A stretch of 32,777 nt of DNA, from positions 68,184-100,960 of the IMG/VR virus record IMGVR_UViG_3300022562_000870. One strand, given 5' to 3'. The position numbers and the translations under genes are program-made. Positions 32,501 through 32,777 of this stretch are shown in pieces. The notes under the pieces are model-generated. The model had not been told where the DNA came from, did no database searches, and saw only the letters and a list, made by a program, of their open reading frames with translations. The stretch is from a virus (lineage: Duplodnaviria; Heunggongvirae; Uroviricota; Caudoviricetes). Numbering within the stretch: the stretch's first letter is position 1; each line of letters begins with the position of its first letter.

Positions 32501-32777
32501 AATTAAATGTTCCAACAGTTGCAACACCGTATTCAGAATTCGCCGTTGTAAACAATACGGATTTATCACTTGTATTTTTAATAAGACCTATTTGGTTTAA
32601 TGTTGGAGTATTTACGAATGAACCATTTAATGCATTACCTGAACTATCCACCATAGTCGTACCACTTACTTCATCAAGCTTATAAAATGCTTTAGGTGTA
32701 AGGGTAAGAATATTAGTATCATAATCTTCATTAATATTATAATTCATTCTACCACGGTAATAATTTTCGAGAATATC
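29511..32777 (-). CDS. Second LamG-repeat protein with split bacterial Ig-like domains; 5'-truncated by window
   Basis: Frame is open to the window edge (DILENYYRGR precedes the track's Met and matches the internal 'VLENFYRGMMDY'); four LamG domains plus Ig half-domains in the window. Confidence 0.88.
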   Translation of the reverse strand, partial: DILENYYRGRMNYNINEDYDTNILTLTPKAFYKLDEVSGTTMVDSSGNALNGSFVNTPTLNQIGLIKNTSDKSVLFTTANSEYGVATVGTFNSSSAWTLEAWFNPVDLAANRSVIQIKDNTAGNVHTFGIMSITDGSIRLWWYAAGEILTYIVSAASIITAGQSHHLVAKHDGSNNVKLYVNNVLVASGVTTAVHWNSASNFYVAALYNQSDIIDQFQNGYIDGAAIYESELTEEQITTNYLLGVKSRWELLNNSLSIGSYAITAKAIDQNDNPATSSANNITLSASITLETPPSGFVADSADIINFKATTSPLAGTMDKVEFLYDTSNLLNTVYRKYDVSLLDKLNPLVYYKLDETSGTTIIDYSGNGGNGTISGTYTLNQPKIVQNGDGGSILLNSPATGSVALIQGPALGPRTFPLTLECWWSPNDLSGTPITTLPIMSTHFIENDYNGISLYAYYTGNIALLIGGNLGVINSTNYKIHGATSISKAPYEVGKFYHFVAVVESLDTVTLYVNGQHLVADTVIGSLTTAHLDGGNMGVGIFDSSGSSGNTWYGKGYYGHAAIYEAALTQEQVLENFYRGMMDYDLAEDYETNVLSLTPKVYYKLDETSGTSIADSSGNSYNATISGTYTLNEDGIVKNVTNNKNILLNSPAFDSDASVVGPYLGSMTFPITLETWWQPTARSPQLTTFIGTHFVENFISGFNAYYNWGDNTFCGYWGDGTGILSTDTKLWRTTLVAEIGRVYHFVVVFVDANTTRIFINGIERLISAAVGTATTVNTSSGTMTVGKQESGNIYFGKGYYGHAAVYESALTKEQIEINYLLGARDRWTSRNQLPAGTITTEAKSTDTLLSTAIDSNTITVSVADVYKANVTPDLPKAYYRLGEDSGTIAYDSSGNGYHGTYNGDYILNQTDIVVGNTDGAALFNSVGTNGYVKVNKPIIYTALGGTYNGDFTIEAWIQLDSFYMGSGVNVIYREEDFAVLGSLYLGILANTGVPAELGKIRFDVYDGVSLQFIDSNTNLILGTPYHIVLKHIYSSTRREIWINGVLDSWDSFTKDTTVVPNTTLIANVGTETTPLKGKVDEVAVYIG

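Noticed and set aside
22992-32777. Diversity-generating retroelement target or CRISPR-like array in the repeat genes
   Set aside because: Repeats are protein-domain paralogues; no reverse transcriptase, no adenine-specific template/variable pair and no spacer-repeat periodicity seen.
1-32777. Stop-codon reassignment (alternative genetic code)
   Set aside because: Core genes translate full-length in the standard code, TAG and TGA both serve as stops (e.g. 4641, 4423), and no suppressor tRNA is present.

Overview
AT-rich, gene-dense fragment of a large T4-related (jumbo-type) myophage genome, read in the standard genetic code; the nrdAB and tRNA-Ile2 sequences suggest a proteobacterial host (inference). 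1-5.6 kb (mostly + strand) is an RNA-rich cluster. It holds seven CCA-encoding tRNA genes (Trp, four CAU tRNAs, Arg-UCU, and a long-variable-arm tRNA with a UAU anticodon) mixed with small accessory ORFs (sulfotransferase-like fragment, vWA, MazG fusion, HExxH protein, tail-tube-like protein). It also holds an unannotated, compact (~233 nt) RNase P RNA (4630-4862), in which I could pair P1-P5, the P4 pseudoknot and P15/P16 by hand. 5.6-12.3 kb (- strand): APS-kinase-like protein, probable head-core proteins, gp41/DnaB helicase and hypothetical proteins. 12.4-16.6 kb (+): dCMP deaminase, nrdA, nrdB, glutaredoxin. 16.7-22.9 kb (-): 2H, HAD and calcineurin-like phosphoesterases, a Pol-beta nucleotidyltransferase, UvsX/RecA, and gp32-type SSB with an H-type pseudoknot in its leader. 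23-32.8 kb (-): two giant LamG-repeat proteins with nested domains (LamG inside LamG; LamG pairs inside split Ig domains); the second runs off the window edge. Sigma70-type promoters and T4-late-type (T/C)ATAAATA boxes recur upstream of genes. All calls are from manual motif reading and base pairing; no searches were run.
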